Assembly (NCBI GenBank): GCA_963674965.2
Contig: CAXXFL010000007.1
Location: 345,034-409,033 of the forward strand
DNA length: 64,000 bases
From: a bacterium
GTDB lineage: Bacteria > RBG-13-61-14 > DATKZS01
Direction of reading: 5' to 3'
Shown: one piece after another, positions 8,589 through 17,524 of the stretch
Numbering within the stretch: position 1 is the first letter of the stretch
How the letters are laid out: each line of letters opens with the position of its first letter
The notes under the pieces: generated by a model
What the model was told of the DNA's origin: nothing
Databases searched by the model: none
Seen by the model: the letters and a program-made list of their open reading frames with translations, nothing else
Translations under genes and position numbers: made by a program

Positions 8589-10691
8589 ATGTCCGCAAAG
8601 AAGTATATCCAGATAATTGGCCTAATTTTTGGGTCCGTCTTTTTTCCTTTGGCGCCTTACGCCGAGGAATTTGAAGAAAGCGGCGAGAACGGCGCGGAAG
8701 TACCGGCAATAGTGGTGGAGGGGAACAGGATATGTCTTCCCGGCGAGGCCATGCTCGATCCGGACGACCCGGAGCTGGGCGCGCCCATTGACAGCGGCGA
8801 CCTTCTTCGGTGCGTTCCCGGCGTCTCCGGCTCCAGGATGGGCGGCCACGGCGTCGATCCCGTGATACGGGGCCAGTCCGGTTCCCGGGTGAACGTTATT
8901 TTGGACGGGGCCTTACTTTACGGCGGCTGTCCCAACCGCATGGACCCGCCTGGGGCTTACGCGCCTTACCAGAGTTACGACCGTATCCAGGTGCTGAAGG
9001 GCCCAAGGTCCCTGATCTATAGCGGAGGAAGCGGCGGCGCGATAATTTTCGACAGGAACTCGAGGCCCCTGAGCGGGGACGAAAAATGGCGAGCCAGGCT
9101 CTCGACCCTGTACGCGGACAATGGCGAGAGAAAGGGAGCGTCGGCGGACGCGGCGGGAGGGGTTTCCTCTGCCTACGTCCGCGCCATCTACGATTATCTC
9201 GAGGCCGGCGATTATAAGGACGGCGAGGGCGAGGAGGTCCCCTCCAGCTTCGTTTCCAGTCACGCCGCCTTCATGGGAGGATGGACCCCCGAGTCGGGCT
9301 TCGGGGTCCACGTGGGATGGGAGACCATGAACGTGGACGACGTCCTCTACCCGGGGGCGGGCATGGACGCTCCCGTCAGCGACGCCGATATCTATCGGGC
9401 GAAGATCGAGTGGCGCGACCCCTCGGCGCCGTCCTCCGGCGTCAAGGCGGAGTTTTTTCAAAGCCAGGTCGATCATGTCATGGACAACTACTCGTTAAGG
9501 GAGCGAACGGCCCCAAGCCCCCTGCTGGCGGTGACCAGTTCGGACGCCCATGGAGGCAGGGTCGTCGTCGACCTGGCCAGGCGATCGACCCTTTTCACGG
9601 TGGGGGCCGATTTCCAGCAAAGCGAAAAAAACGCCCTGCGCTACGTGGGGCCGGATGAAGACCACGTCGATATCGTGCAGTCCGTTCTCTGGCCGGACGC
9701 TACTATTTCCCAATACGGCGCGTTCGGGATTCTCGAGGTCGGGCATGGACAAGACCTCAGCCTCTCCGTAGGCGCCCGCTACGACCGGGTCGAGGCCTCG
9801 GCGGGGGACGCCGACCTCGATCCGCCCGGCGGTCCCATGAGCCCGGAGGACCTTTACGCCCTGTATTACGGGACCGGCGCCAATGACGCCGAGGAGGACA
9901 ACGTGGGCGCTCTGGTTCGCCTCGCGGCCAGGCCCGGTGAGGACGGCCCTCTCCTCTCGGTCGACCTGAGCCGTACCGTCCGCTCGGCCGACGCGACCGA
10001 GCGATTCATGGCGTCCAACGGCATGACGCCGTCCGCTCGGTGGGTGGGGAACCCGGGGATAGAACCGGAGGTCCATTACCAGGCCGAAATCGGCTTTCTG
10101 GAAGAGGAGGAAGACTGGAGCCTTGCGGCGGCGGCTTATTACGATTGGGCGGAAAATTACATCATCCGGGACCGGGCGCGCGGGCAAGAAGGAATAATGC
10201 GAATTGACGGGGCCAATATCTATCGGAACGTTGACGCCGTTCTTTGGGGGGGAGAAGTCGAGGCCGGTTGGGACTGGACCCCGAGCCTTTCCAGCCGGGT
10301 GGCCCTGGCCTACGTTTACGGCAACGACGAAACCGACGACAGACCCCTGCCGCAAATACCGCCGCTCACGGTCGACGCCTTGGTCGATTATAAAAGAGAT
10401 AAATGGAGGGCCGGCGCCAGGCTTCGACACGCGGCCACGCAGACGCGAGTGGACGACGACCCCGCCTCGGGAAGCGGACTGGACGCGGGCAGGACCCCGG
10501 CCCATAGCGTGATCGACCTCTACGCCGCGGCGTTCCCGACTAAAAACCTGGAACTGCAAGTCGGAATCGAAAACCTGTTCGACAAAACCTACGCCGACCA
10601 CCTGAACAAGCCCAACGCCTTCGATCCCGAGCAAATCCAGGTGAACGAACCCGGAAGAACGGTATGGATAAAGCTCGTGGCCGGACATTAA
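8589..10691 (+). CDS. oprC: TonB-dependent copper receptor (OprC/NosA-like)
   Basis: Signal peptide, TonB-box-like PAIVVEG and plug motifs (RGQSGSRVNVILDG). GGCPNRMDPP (C114-x3-M118) plus QVDHVMDNY (H296-x-M298) match the OprC CxxxM-HxM copper site. C-terminal beta-barrel ends in ...VWIKLVAGH. Confidence 0.85.
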   Translation: MSAKKYIQIIGLIFGSVFFPLAPYAEEFEESGENGAEVPAIVVEGNRICLPGEAMLDPDDPELGAPIDSGDLLRCVPGVSGSRMGGHGVDPVIRGQSGSRVNVILDGALLYGGCPNRMDPPGAYAPYQSYDRIQVLKGPRSLIYSGGSGGAIIFDRNSRPLSGDEKWRARLSTLYADNGERKGASADAAGGVSSAYVRAIYDYLEAGDYKDGEGEEVPSSFVSSHAAFMGGWTPESGFGVHVGWETMNVDDVLYPGAGMDAPVSDADIYRAKIEWRDPSAPSSGVKAEFFQSQVDHVMDNYSLRERTAPSPLLAVTSSDAHGGRVVVDLARRSTLFTVGADFQQSEKNALRYVGPDEDHVDIVQSVLWPDATISQYGAFGILEVGHGQDLSLSVGARYDRVEASAGDADLDPPGGPMSPEDLYALYYGTGANDAEEDNVGALVRLAARPGEDGPLLSVDLSRTVRSADATERFMASNGMTPSARWVGNPGIEPEVHYQAEIGFLEEEEDWSLAAAAYYDWAENYIIRDRARGQEGIMRIDGANIYRNVDAVLWGGEVEAGWDWTPSLSSRVALAYVYGNDETDDRPLPQIPPLTVDALVDYKRDKWRAGARLRHAATQTRVDDDPASGSGLDAGRTPAHSVIDLYAAAFPTKNLELQVGIENLFDKTYADHLNKPNAFDPEQIQVNEPGRTVWIKLVAGH

Positions 10692-10864
10692 TAGGCGCCG
10701 AGAGTGAAGGAAAGGCCATAGGTCGTCTTCCTTCCCATTGGCCATGCTTTGACTTTTACCCACCCAGCGGCGGCAAGATGGAGAACGGCGGAATTATATG
10801 ATATTCATAGCCGTCGGGGGTTCGGCGGGCAAAAGAGCCGGCCGGCCGCTCGGAAAGGATCACC

Positions 10865-12454
10865 ATGGCGCCACGCGTTCTTTTATCATCCGTTTTCAAG
10901 CCCTTCGCGGTCGACGACGCGTACTCGAGAAAAGAGTGCATTATGGAACTATGCCGCAACCAGCTCACCAAGTCCCAGGGGCCGTTCTGCATCCGCACTT
11001 ACCATAATACTTACGGGCTTCACGCCATCGCCAACAACGTCAGCGCGCCCACGACGGTGCTTGATTTTCCCACCCTCGATCGTTTCCGGAGGGAGTTGAA
11101 AAAAGGCTACGACATTATCGGTATCGGGGCGATCATGCCGAATTTTCTCAAGGTCAAGAAGATGGTGGAGGAGGCCCGGGAGCTGTCACCTCGCTCGACC
11201 GTCGTGGTGGGGGGCTTTTGCGCCACCATTCCCGACCTGGACAAGACGCTTGACGCCGACTATATCTGCTTGGGCGACGGCGTGAGCTTCATGCGTGACC
11301 TTCTGGGCGACCCTCCCGAGTTTCAGTTCAAGAACCCCAACGTGTTCGCCGAAAGCCGCCAGATATTCGGCGTGCCCCTTTTCGGTTTCCAGCAGAACCC
11401 CCATCTTATCGTGGGGCTGGGGTGTTCCTACGGGTGCGATTTCTGCTCGGTCACTCATTTCTTCGGACGAAAGCACATTAAGTTCTTCAAGACCGGCAAG
11501 GCCCTTTTCGACGAGATGATCCGCCTGGAAAAGATATACCGCTCCAACGTCATCGTCTTCATCGGGGACGACAACTTCTTTCTCGACCTCGGCCGGGCGG
11601 AGGAACTTCGCCAAGAAGTGGTGAAAAGCGGAAGGTTCTTTAAAATAATGGCCTTCGGATCGGCCGACCGGCTGACCAGGTTCGGCGTCGAGCGCCTGGC
11701 TGAAATGGGCCTTGACACGGTATGGGTCGGAAGGGAAGGCAAGTTTTCAAACTACGGCAAAAACCGGGGCATGGACATGAAATCCCTGGTGGGAGACTTA
11801 AGGTCATACGGCATAAAAACCATTCTCAGCTCGATATTGTTGCTCGAGGAACACGACAAGGATAATATATGGGAGGACGTGGACGACCACCTGTCCTGCA
11901 ATCCGGCGTTCAGCCAGTTCGCCCATTATTCTCCCGCTCCCAACACCCCCCTCTGGGACAAAATGAAGGAGGAAGGCCGCCTGCTCGAGCATATCCCCCT
12001 CGAGGAGTGTCACGCCTTTAAGCAGCCCTGGTTCGTTCATCCTCACTTCAGTCTCGCCGAGGCCGAGAAGGTCCAGGACCTCGCCTATACTCGCGACTTC
12101 CTCGAGCTGGGTCCCGCGGTCCTCCGTTACGCCGAGGCCGAGTACCAGGGCTGGAAAAACTTGAAGGATTCTCCCAAAGCGCATTTCAGGAAAAGAGCCG
12201 GGGCCTACGCTCGAGACATGTGGAAATACAGGGTCATATGCCGGCTCACTGAAGAACTGTCTCCCTCCGAGCGCGTGGCCGAGCTGGCCCGTGACCTGCG
12301 GTCCCGAATCGAGGCGTCCTTCGGCAAGACCTCGGCGGTCGAGAAGGCCATGGCCAGGGGTCTTTACTTCACCAGCCGGCTGTGGGAGGCAAGGACCAGA
12401 AGATGGGGAGACGCCATTCAACCAAGAACGAGACTGGTCAAGTACAATCAATGA
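10865..12454 (+). CDS. B12-binding-domain radical SAM protein (class B)
   Basis: N-terminal Rossmann-like B12 domain (DIIGIGAIMPNF...VVVGGFCAT). Radical SAM CxxxCxxC motif in GLGCSYGCDFCS. Confidence 0.8.
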   Translation: MAPRVLLSSVFKPFAVDDAYSRKECIMELCRNQLTKSQGPFCIRTYHNTYGLHAIANNVSAPTTVLDFPTLDRFRRELKKGYDIIGIGAIMPNFLKVKKMVEEARELSPRSTVVVGGFCATIPDLDKTLDADYICLGDGVSFMRDLLGDPPEFQFKNPNVFAESRQIFGVPLFGFQQNPHLIVGLGCSYGCDFCSVTHFFGRKHIKFFKTGKALFDEMIRLEKIYRSNVIVFIGDDNFFLDLGRAEELRQEVVKSGRFFKIMAFGSADRLTRFGVERLAEMGLDTVWVGREGKFSNYGKNRGMDMKSLVGDLRSYGIKTILSSILLLEEHDKDNIWEDVDDHLSCNPAFSQFAHYSPAPNTPLWDKMKEEGRLLEHIPLEECHAFKQPWFVHPHFSLAEAEKVQDLAYTRDFLELGPAVLRYAEAEYQGWKNLKDSPKAHFRKRAGAYARDMWKYRVICRLTEELSPSERVAELARDLRSRIEASFGKTSAVEKAMARGLYFTSRLWEARTRRWGDAIQPRTRLVKYNQ

Positions 12455-12523
12455 AGTAATGGGACTTTAAACGTGTCCGCCCCCCGGAATGGAACCTCCC
12501 CGGGGATGGGCGGGTCTAAAGAT

Positions 12524-12552
12524 TTGACACCATATGCCTGGTGGCGTATAAA
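12524..12552 (+). promoter_or_regulatory. Sigma-70-like promoter (TTGACA-N17-TATAAA)
   Basis: gatTTGACAccatatgcctggtggcgTATAAAtaatc, about 100 nt upstream of the PPIase ATG. Confidence 0.4.
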
Positions 12553-12588
12553 TAATCTTGCGCGAAAGCGGCTAAATAGCGCGAAAAA

Positions 12589-12615
12589 GCCGGGGAAGGA
12601 AAGCCGGCGTTTTTT
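12589..12615 (+). terminator. Weak terminator/attenuator-like hairpin (GCCGG-N10-CCGGC followed by GTTTTTT)
   Basis: aaaaaGCCGGggaaggaaagCCGGCgttttttat. Lies downstream of the radical SAM stop and between the putative promoter and the PPIase start. Confidence 0.35.
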
Positions 12616-12649
12616 ATGCCTTCAGGCGCATATTGAAAAGGAGACAATC

Positions 12650-13900
12650 ATGGAGTTTATCAAGCGCGCCGCGCCGGCGGCGCTGGCGGCGTTATTGGCG
12701 ATTATGTCGTTCGCCGGATGCGACAAGGATAAAGACAATAGCGTCAAGACGGGAGGCGACTTAGTCCCCTCCGCGGGGGCCACGGTCGCCAAACCCGGAG
12801 AAGACCCGGTTTGGATTCGAGTTAACGGCAAGGAAATAAAAAAGTCCGACGTGGACGACAAGCTGGCCAAGATAAAGATGCAGATTTCCTCGCAGGTCCC
12901 TCCCGACCAGATGGCGGGCCTCGAGCCCCGGCTCCTGAGGGACACCATGATGATGCTGGTCGAGGTTAACGTGCTCGACGAGGCCGTGGCCGCGAACGGA
13001 ATCACGGTGGGCGACACGGCGATCGACAAGGAAATGGAAGACCTCAAATCCCGCTACCCGGACGAGGCGACCTTCCAGGAGCAGATGACCATGGTGGGCG
13101 TGACCGAGGACCAGATCAGGGAGGACATCCGCCTTAACTTCGGACGCATGAAGTACCTCGAGGAACACGTCGATATCCCCGACCCTCCCGAGGAGGACGT
13201 GAAAAAGATATACGAAATGACCAAGGACAGGAACCTCATCCCCGCCTCGGCCAAGACCGTCCATATCTTCTTCCAGTTCCCCAACATGGCGGCCCCGGAG
13301 GTAAAAACCGAAAAGCTCGAGCTGGCCAAGAGCGTTCTGGAACAGATTAAAAACGGCGCCGACATGGGAGAGCTGGCGAAGAAATACTCGGACGCGCCCA
13401 GCAAGTCCGACGGCGGTACCGAGACCTTCGAGCAAGGAAGGCTCATGCCGCCGGACTTCGACAACGCCCTTTTCGCCTTAAAGGCCGGGGAAGTGAGCGA
13501 CGTAATCGAGTCTCCCATCGGCTATCATATCGTAAAGATGGTCGAGCTAACCCCCGAGAAACCCCATGAGTTCGAGGAGGTCAAGGAGGAAATAGTCGAG
13601 TTCCTCAAAGACCAGAAACGCAAATCCGCCATGCAGCAACACATCGACGAGTTGGTCAAGAAAGCCAAGGTCGAGTATCTCGAGCCCCTGCCCAAGGTGG
13701 AGGACGACTTTGTCGATCAGATGAACGGGCTTCCCCCGCCCGAGGTCCCGGAGGGGGAGGGAGAAGAAGCGTCCGAGGCGCCCATGGAAAGCGAGGCCGA
13801 CGGTAGCGAGGCCGACGGCGGCGCACCGCCCGAGATCAAGGAAGCGGCGCCGCCCGAGGCCGAGGACGGCAAGCCGACCCTGCCGCCTCCCGGGGAGTGA
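12650..13900 (+). CDS. Parvulin-type peptidyl-prolyl isomerase lipoprotein (PrsA/SurA-like) with an acidic/Pro-rich tail
   Basis: The track ORF starts at 12473, but ATG 12650 follows AAAAGGAGAC and gives MEFIKRAAPAALAALLAIMSFAGC (lipobox). Parvulin motif ESPIGYHIVKM. The C-terminus is Glu/Pro/Ala low complexity. Confidence 0.85.
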   Translation: MEFIKRAAPAALAALLAIMSFAGCDKDKDNSVKTGGDLVPSAGATVAKPGEDPVWIRVNGKEIKKSDVDDKLAKIKMQISSQVPPDQMAGLEPRLLRDTMMMLVEVNVLDEAVAANGITVGDTAIDKEMEDLKSRYPDEATFQEQMTMVGVTEDQIREDIRLNFGRMKYLEEHVDIPDPPEEDVKKIYEMTKDRNLIPASAKTVHIFFQFPNMAAPEVKTEKLELAKSVLEQIKNGADMGELAKKYSDAPSKSDGGTETFEQGRLMPPDFDNALFALKAGEVSDVIESPIGYHIVKMVELTPEKPHEFEEVKEEIVEFLKDQKRKSAMQQHIDELVKKAKVEYLEPLPKVEDDFVDQMNGLPPPEVPEGEGEEASEAPMESEADGSEADGGAPPEIKEAAPPEAEDGKPTLPPPGE

Positions 13901-13926
13901 ATAAATATAGTTTGAATTAAACCCAG

Positions 13927-13958
13927 GCGGACGGGGTCTTTTCCTCGTCCGCTTTTTT
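13927..13958 (+). terminator. Rho-independent terminator
   Basis: GCGGACGGGG-tctttt-CCTCGTCCGC (about 10 bp including one G-U) followed by TTTTTT, 27 nt after the PPIase stop. Confidence 0.75.
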
Positions 13959-14646
13959 ATCGGCCGAGGATTTTTCCGGCGAGCTCGTCATATATCTTGG
14001 CCCCGAACATCTTCACCATTATGCCCTTGGACTTGATCAAAGCGTGGTCGTCCCTTTTTCCCTTCTTGGCCACGCAAGGGTGGGTCGCGCCTCCGCAGTC
14101 CAGGATTGTCTCCGACTCCCGGTTAACGGTGGTCACCACCACGTCGTCCCCGATGATAATGACCACGACCGGGTAAAGGGAGCACACGTACGGCTTGACG
14201 TCGATGGGGTCCAGGCCTCGATCGAGAGCGTACCTGTGAAGGTAACATCCCTTGCCCCCGGGTATGGAGAGAACGCACTCGTCCGAGCTTTTCTTGCGCC
14301 TCATCATAAGCTCGAAGCCGTCCCCATACTTCCAGTAGCCTTGCCCGTCGAGGGTGGTTTTCAGGCGGGGCCATTTCTCCAAAATGGGCGGCAGGACCTT
14401 GTCCACGGCCTCGAGGTCCCGCCTGGTCAGCTCGAGGTCGTGTCCCCTGCAGCAAAAGGCCTTGGGCTTTCTCTCCCGGCAACCCTCGCACCGGAAGTAC
14501 CCGTCCAGGTGGAGTCCGTCGAAAATAAGGTTGTCGATCACGATGGTCTCGGGCCGGGCCTTTAAGAACTCCTTGTACCTGTCGTCGGTGTCCATGGACA
14601 GATCGTCGATCATGTCCTCATACTTCTTCTTGATGTTTCTCGTCAT
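13957..14646 (-). CDS. Cysteine-cluster protein (YkgJ/DUF3109-like, tentative)
   Basis: CEGCRERKPKAFCCRGHD plus further conserved Cys (GKGCYLH, PYVCSLYP, HPCVAK). The family assignment is from memory only. Confidence 0.55.
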   Translation of the reverse strand: MTRNIKKKYEDMIDDLSMDTDDRYKEFLKARPETIVIDNLIFDGLHLDGYFRCEGCRERKPKAFCCRGHDLELTRRDLEAVDKVLPPILEKWPRLKTTLDGQGYWKYGDGFELMMRRKKSSDECVLSIPGGKGCYLHRYALDRGLDPIDVKPYVCSLYPVVVIIIGDDVVVTTVNRESETILDCGGATHPCVAKKGKRDDHALIKSKGIMVKMFGAKIYDELAGKILGR

Positions 14647-14713
14647 GCTTGTCTCCGGCGGGAACTCGGCGGGCGCCGGTCCAGGTCAAGGCGTCGTCTC
14701 GCGACGAACTCGG

Positions 14714-15871
14714 TCATCCCTTTTTAAGGTCCCTTAAGTATTTCCCGAGCCTCTCGAGTCCCCTCTCGATATTCTCCTCCGAGGTCGCGTAGGAAAAGCG
14801 AATGTAACCCTCGGCGTTGTCGCCAAAATCTATGCCCGGCGCCACCCCCACGTGGGTCTTGTCCAGGATATCCATGCAGAACTTAAGCGAGTCGTCCGTA
14901 TACTCGCGGGCGTTGGCCAGAACGTAAAAAGCGCCCGTGGGCTCGACCGTGACCCCCAGGCCCAGGTCCTTGATCCCCGCCAGCATGGTGAGCCGCCGAC
15001 GGTTGTAAATCTCCCGCATCCTCTCCACGTCCGGCTCGGCCTCGCGGATGGCCGCGATCGCCGCCCATTGCACGAAGTCGCCCGTCGAGATGAAGAAGTT
15101 CTGCTGCACCTTCTGGAGCGGGCGGACCATGGGCCGGGGAAGGATGCAGTAGCCTATCCGCCAGCCCGTCATGGCGTAGCGCTTGGAAAATCCGTTCAAG
15201 ACTATGGCGTCGTCGGTATACTCGAGGATCGAGTGCTCCTCGCCCTCGTAAACCAGCCCGTGATATATCTCGTCCGAGATCACCGTCTTGCCAAGCTCGG
15301 CCGCGGCGCGGGTCCTCTCCTCGGAGAGAAGGTTGCCCGTCGGGTTCGAGGGAGAGTTGATCAATATGGCCCTGGTCTTGTCCGTGAGTTTTTCAGCGAT
15401 CGTCTCGGGACGGTATTGAAAGCCGTCCTCCTCGAAGACCGGGACGCGAACCGGAGTGCCGCCAACGTACTCGATCATGTTCGGATAACAGGCGTAGGAG
15501 GGGTCAGAAAGGATCACCTCGTCGCCCCGCTCCAGTATCCCGGAGAAAACCAGGAACATGGCCGGCGACGTGCCCGGCGTGACGATGATCTGGTCGGGAT
15601 GGACATGGACCCCGTAACGCGACTCGTAATCCTCGCAAATGGCCTCGCGAAGCTCGATCACGCCCAGGCTGTGAGTATAATGGGTCCGGTGGCTGGACAT
15701 GGCCCGGTGGGCAGCCTTCACTATGCACTCGGGCGTGTCGAAGTCGGGCTCGCCGACCGCGAGAACGATCACGTCCTCCCCCGCCTTGACAAGCTCCTGG
15801 GCCCGGTCTATAACGTCAACCACTAAAAACGGCGGCATCGCCTCCGCCCGTCTGGACACTCTCGCGTCCAT
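14714..15871 (-). CDS. Class I/II PLP-dependent aminotransferase (AspC-like)
   Basis: INSPSNPTGN, FSKRYAMTGWRIGY (PLP lysine context), IRFSYATS. RBS GGAGGTGA. Confidence 0.9.
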   Translation of the reverse strand: MDARVSRRAEAMPPFLVVDVIDRAQELVKAGEDVIVLAVGEPDFDTPECIVKAAHRAMSSHRTHYTHSLGVIELREAICEDYESRYGVHVHPDQIIVTPGTSPAMFLVFSGILERGDEVILSDPSYACYPNMIEYVGGTPVRVPVFEEDGFQYRPETIAEKLTDKTRAILINSPSNPTGNLLSEERTRAAAELGKTVISDEIYHGLVYEGEEHSILEYTDDAIVLNGFSKRYAMTGWRIGYCILPRPMVRPLQKVQQNFFISTGDFVQWAAIAAIREAEPDVERMREIYNRRRLTMLAGIKDLGLGVTVEPTGAFYVLANAREYTDDSLKFCMDILDKTHVGVAPGIDFGDNAEGYIRFSYATSEENIERGLERLGKYLRDLKKG

Positions 15872-15943
15872 GATTCACCTCCATGGAGCGCCCGCCGGCG
15901 CATGGCTTATTATCGGGGCATTTGGCGTCGGGGTCAAAGAAGG

Positions 15944-17491
15944 TCACTTTTTCTTCTCGAAACGATATACGAAAAGCCAGTCGTATCTTCTTTTTCGAGC
16001 GACGATATAACCCGGACCGGGATATTTCTCCGGCTCCAAAAAGGGATCTCCCGCGCTGGGCCGATACACCAGCCAGTACCCGCCGGCCACCTCAATCTGG
16101 TCGAAGAAGCTCAGGTCGATCCTCTTGCCGACGATCGCCTCGAGAGGGACGCCAAGCGTGGCCAAGTCTTCTCGCGTCTCGTAATAGTCGTAAATATGAT
16201 CGCGGCAATAATCCGGGTACACCAGCACCACGTCGCCGGCCGCGGCTGCCGACTCGAGATCGGACACGGCCTCGCGCCAGGGCAGCTTCTCCGTATCCCT
16301 GAAATAGACGTAAACGTTCGGCAAGGAAAGAGCTATTATGGCCCCGGCCGCGAACCACCTGAGAGACGGCCGGGACAGGCCGGCCACCCCTCCTCCCGCC
16401 AGGATGAAAAGGGGAAACGCCGCCGCGATGGCGTTCCTGGCCATGAATATGGGAGTAGTTAAAAGAGAGGCCGCGAAGGGTACCAGGACCGGCAAGATGA
16501 GCCAGAGGACCAGGAGGGAGACGTCTCCCGATAAAAGCCGGAGGAGGCAATGAACAAAAGAGTCCCCGGGAAGGACGCCGTCTTGTCCGCCGTCCCTTTC
16601 GCCATCTCCACGCTCTCTTCTCCAAACGGCCGCGGCGGTCAAGGCCAAAAGCGCGAGGAGGTATTTGCCTCCGGCGAATTTGATATAGGCGTCCAAGAGG
16701 GTTAGAGGGGACGGACGCCCGATCCAGAACCCCTTGGAAACGCGAGCCGCCTGCTCGATCTGCACGAGCGCCCAGGGCAGGAAAACCAGGGCCAGCGCGA
16801 TCTGTAAGGTTATCCAGGTTTTAAGCGATGAGCGCGCCTTGTCCCTCCCGGCGATAAGCGCCAAGAAATAATGGAGGTCCTGAAATAACACCGTGAATAT
16901 GGAAAAGGGATGGGCGTACAAAAGAAGCGCCGTCGAGACAAGGTAGGCGCCGGCCGAGGCTCGCCCTCCCCCTTTGACCGTCCTTATGTAATAAAAGGTC
17001 GAGACCAGGCAAAGGAGCGCCATCAGGGAATAGCTCCTGGTTTCCTGCGCGAAATAGATCAGGAAATAGGAAAAGGTCGCGAAGGCCGCGCCGAGCAGGC
17101 CGGCCGTTTTGCCCAGGGTTTCCTTGCCGACCAGGTAGATCATGGGAATGGAGAGCGTCCCGAAAATGGCCGAGAGCGACCTGGCCGCCGCCTCCGATGC
17201 CCCGAAAAGCCCGATCCAGTAGTGAAGCAAAAGATAGTAAAGGGGAGGATGAACGTCGGCCGCCGAGGTCCGGATTATTTCCAGGGGCGAAAGCCCCGCC
17301 ACGTCGAGGGAGAAGCCCTCGTCCAGCCAAAGGCTCTCGCCGCCGAGGTCGTGAAACCTTATCCCCGCCGCCATAAGAACGAGCGGCGCCAGAAGAAGGA
17401 TATGCCCTGGAATTCTTTTCAACGATTCGATTCCCATGCGCCCTTTCCGGACGGCCACCGCGAGGCCCGGAGGCCGCCGTTGAATAATCAT
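15944..17491 (-). CDS. Glycosyltransferase family 39 (ArnT/PMT_2-like membrane glycosyltransferase)
   Basis: The track ORF runs to 17917, but that extension overlaps the rhomboid gene. ATG 17491 (MIIQRRPP...) follows AGGAG; ATG 17437 is an alternative start. DEGFSL...HPPLYYLLLHYWIGLFG with many TM segments is typical of GT39. Confidence 0.75.
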   Translation of the reverse strand: MIIQRRPPGLAVAVRKGRMGIESLKRIPGHILLLAPLVLMAAGIRFHDLGGESLWLDEGFSLDVAGLSPLEIIRTSAADVHPPLYYLLLHYWIGLFGASEAAARSLSAIFGTLSIPMIYLVGKETLGKTAGLLGAAFATFSYFLIYFAQETRSYSLMALLCLVSTFYYIRTVKGGGRASAGAYLVSTALLLYAHPFSIFTVLFQDLHYFLALIAGRDKARSSLKTWITLQIALALVFLPWALVQIEQAARVSKGFWIGRPSPLTLLDAYIKFAGGKYLLALLALTAAAVWRRERGDGERDGGQDGVLPGDSFVHCLLRLLSGDVSLLVLWLILPVLVPFAASLLTTPIFMARNAIAAAFPLFILAGGGVAGLSRPSLRWFAAGAIIALSLPNVYVYFRDTEKLPWREAVSDLESAAAAGDVVLVYPDYCRDHIYDYYETREDLATLGVPLEAIVGKRIDLSFFDQIEVAGGYWLVYRPSAGDPFLEPEKYPGPGYIVARKRRYDWLFVYRFEKKK

Positions 17492-17524
17492 GGCTCCTGT
17501 CCTAACATATTTCAACTTTTCATC

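Noticed and set aside
10865-12454. Radical SAM gene as the anaerobic sulfatase-maturating enzyme (anSME) for the Cys-type sulfatase at 4098..5564.
   Set aside because: It has an N-terminal B12-binding domain and is 529 aa (class B). It lacks the SPASM-type auxiliary Cys clusters and size of anSMEs, and it is separated from the sulfatase by unrelated genes.
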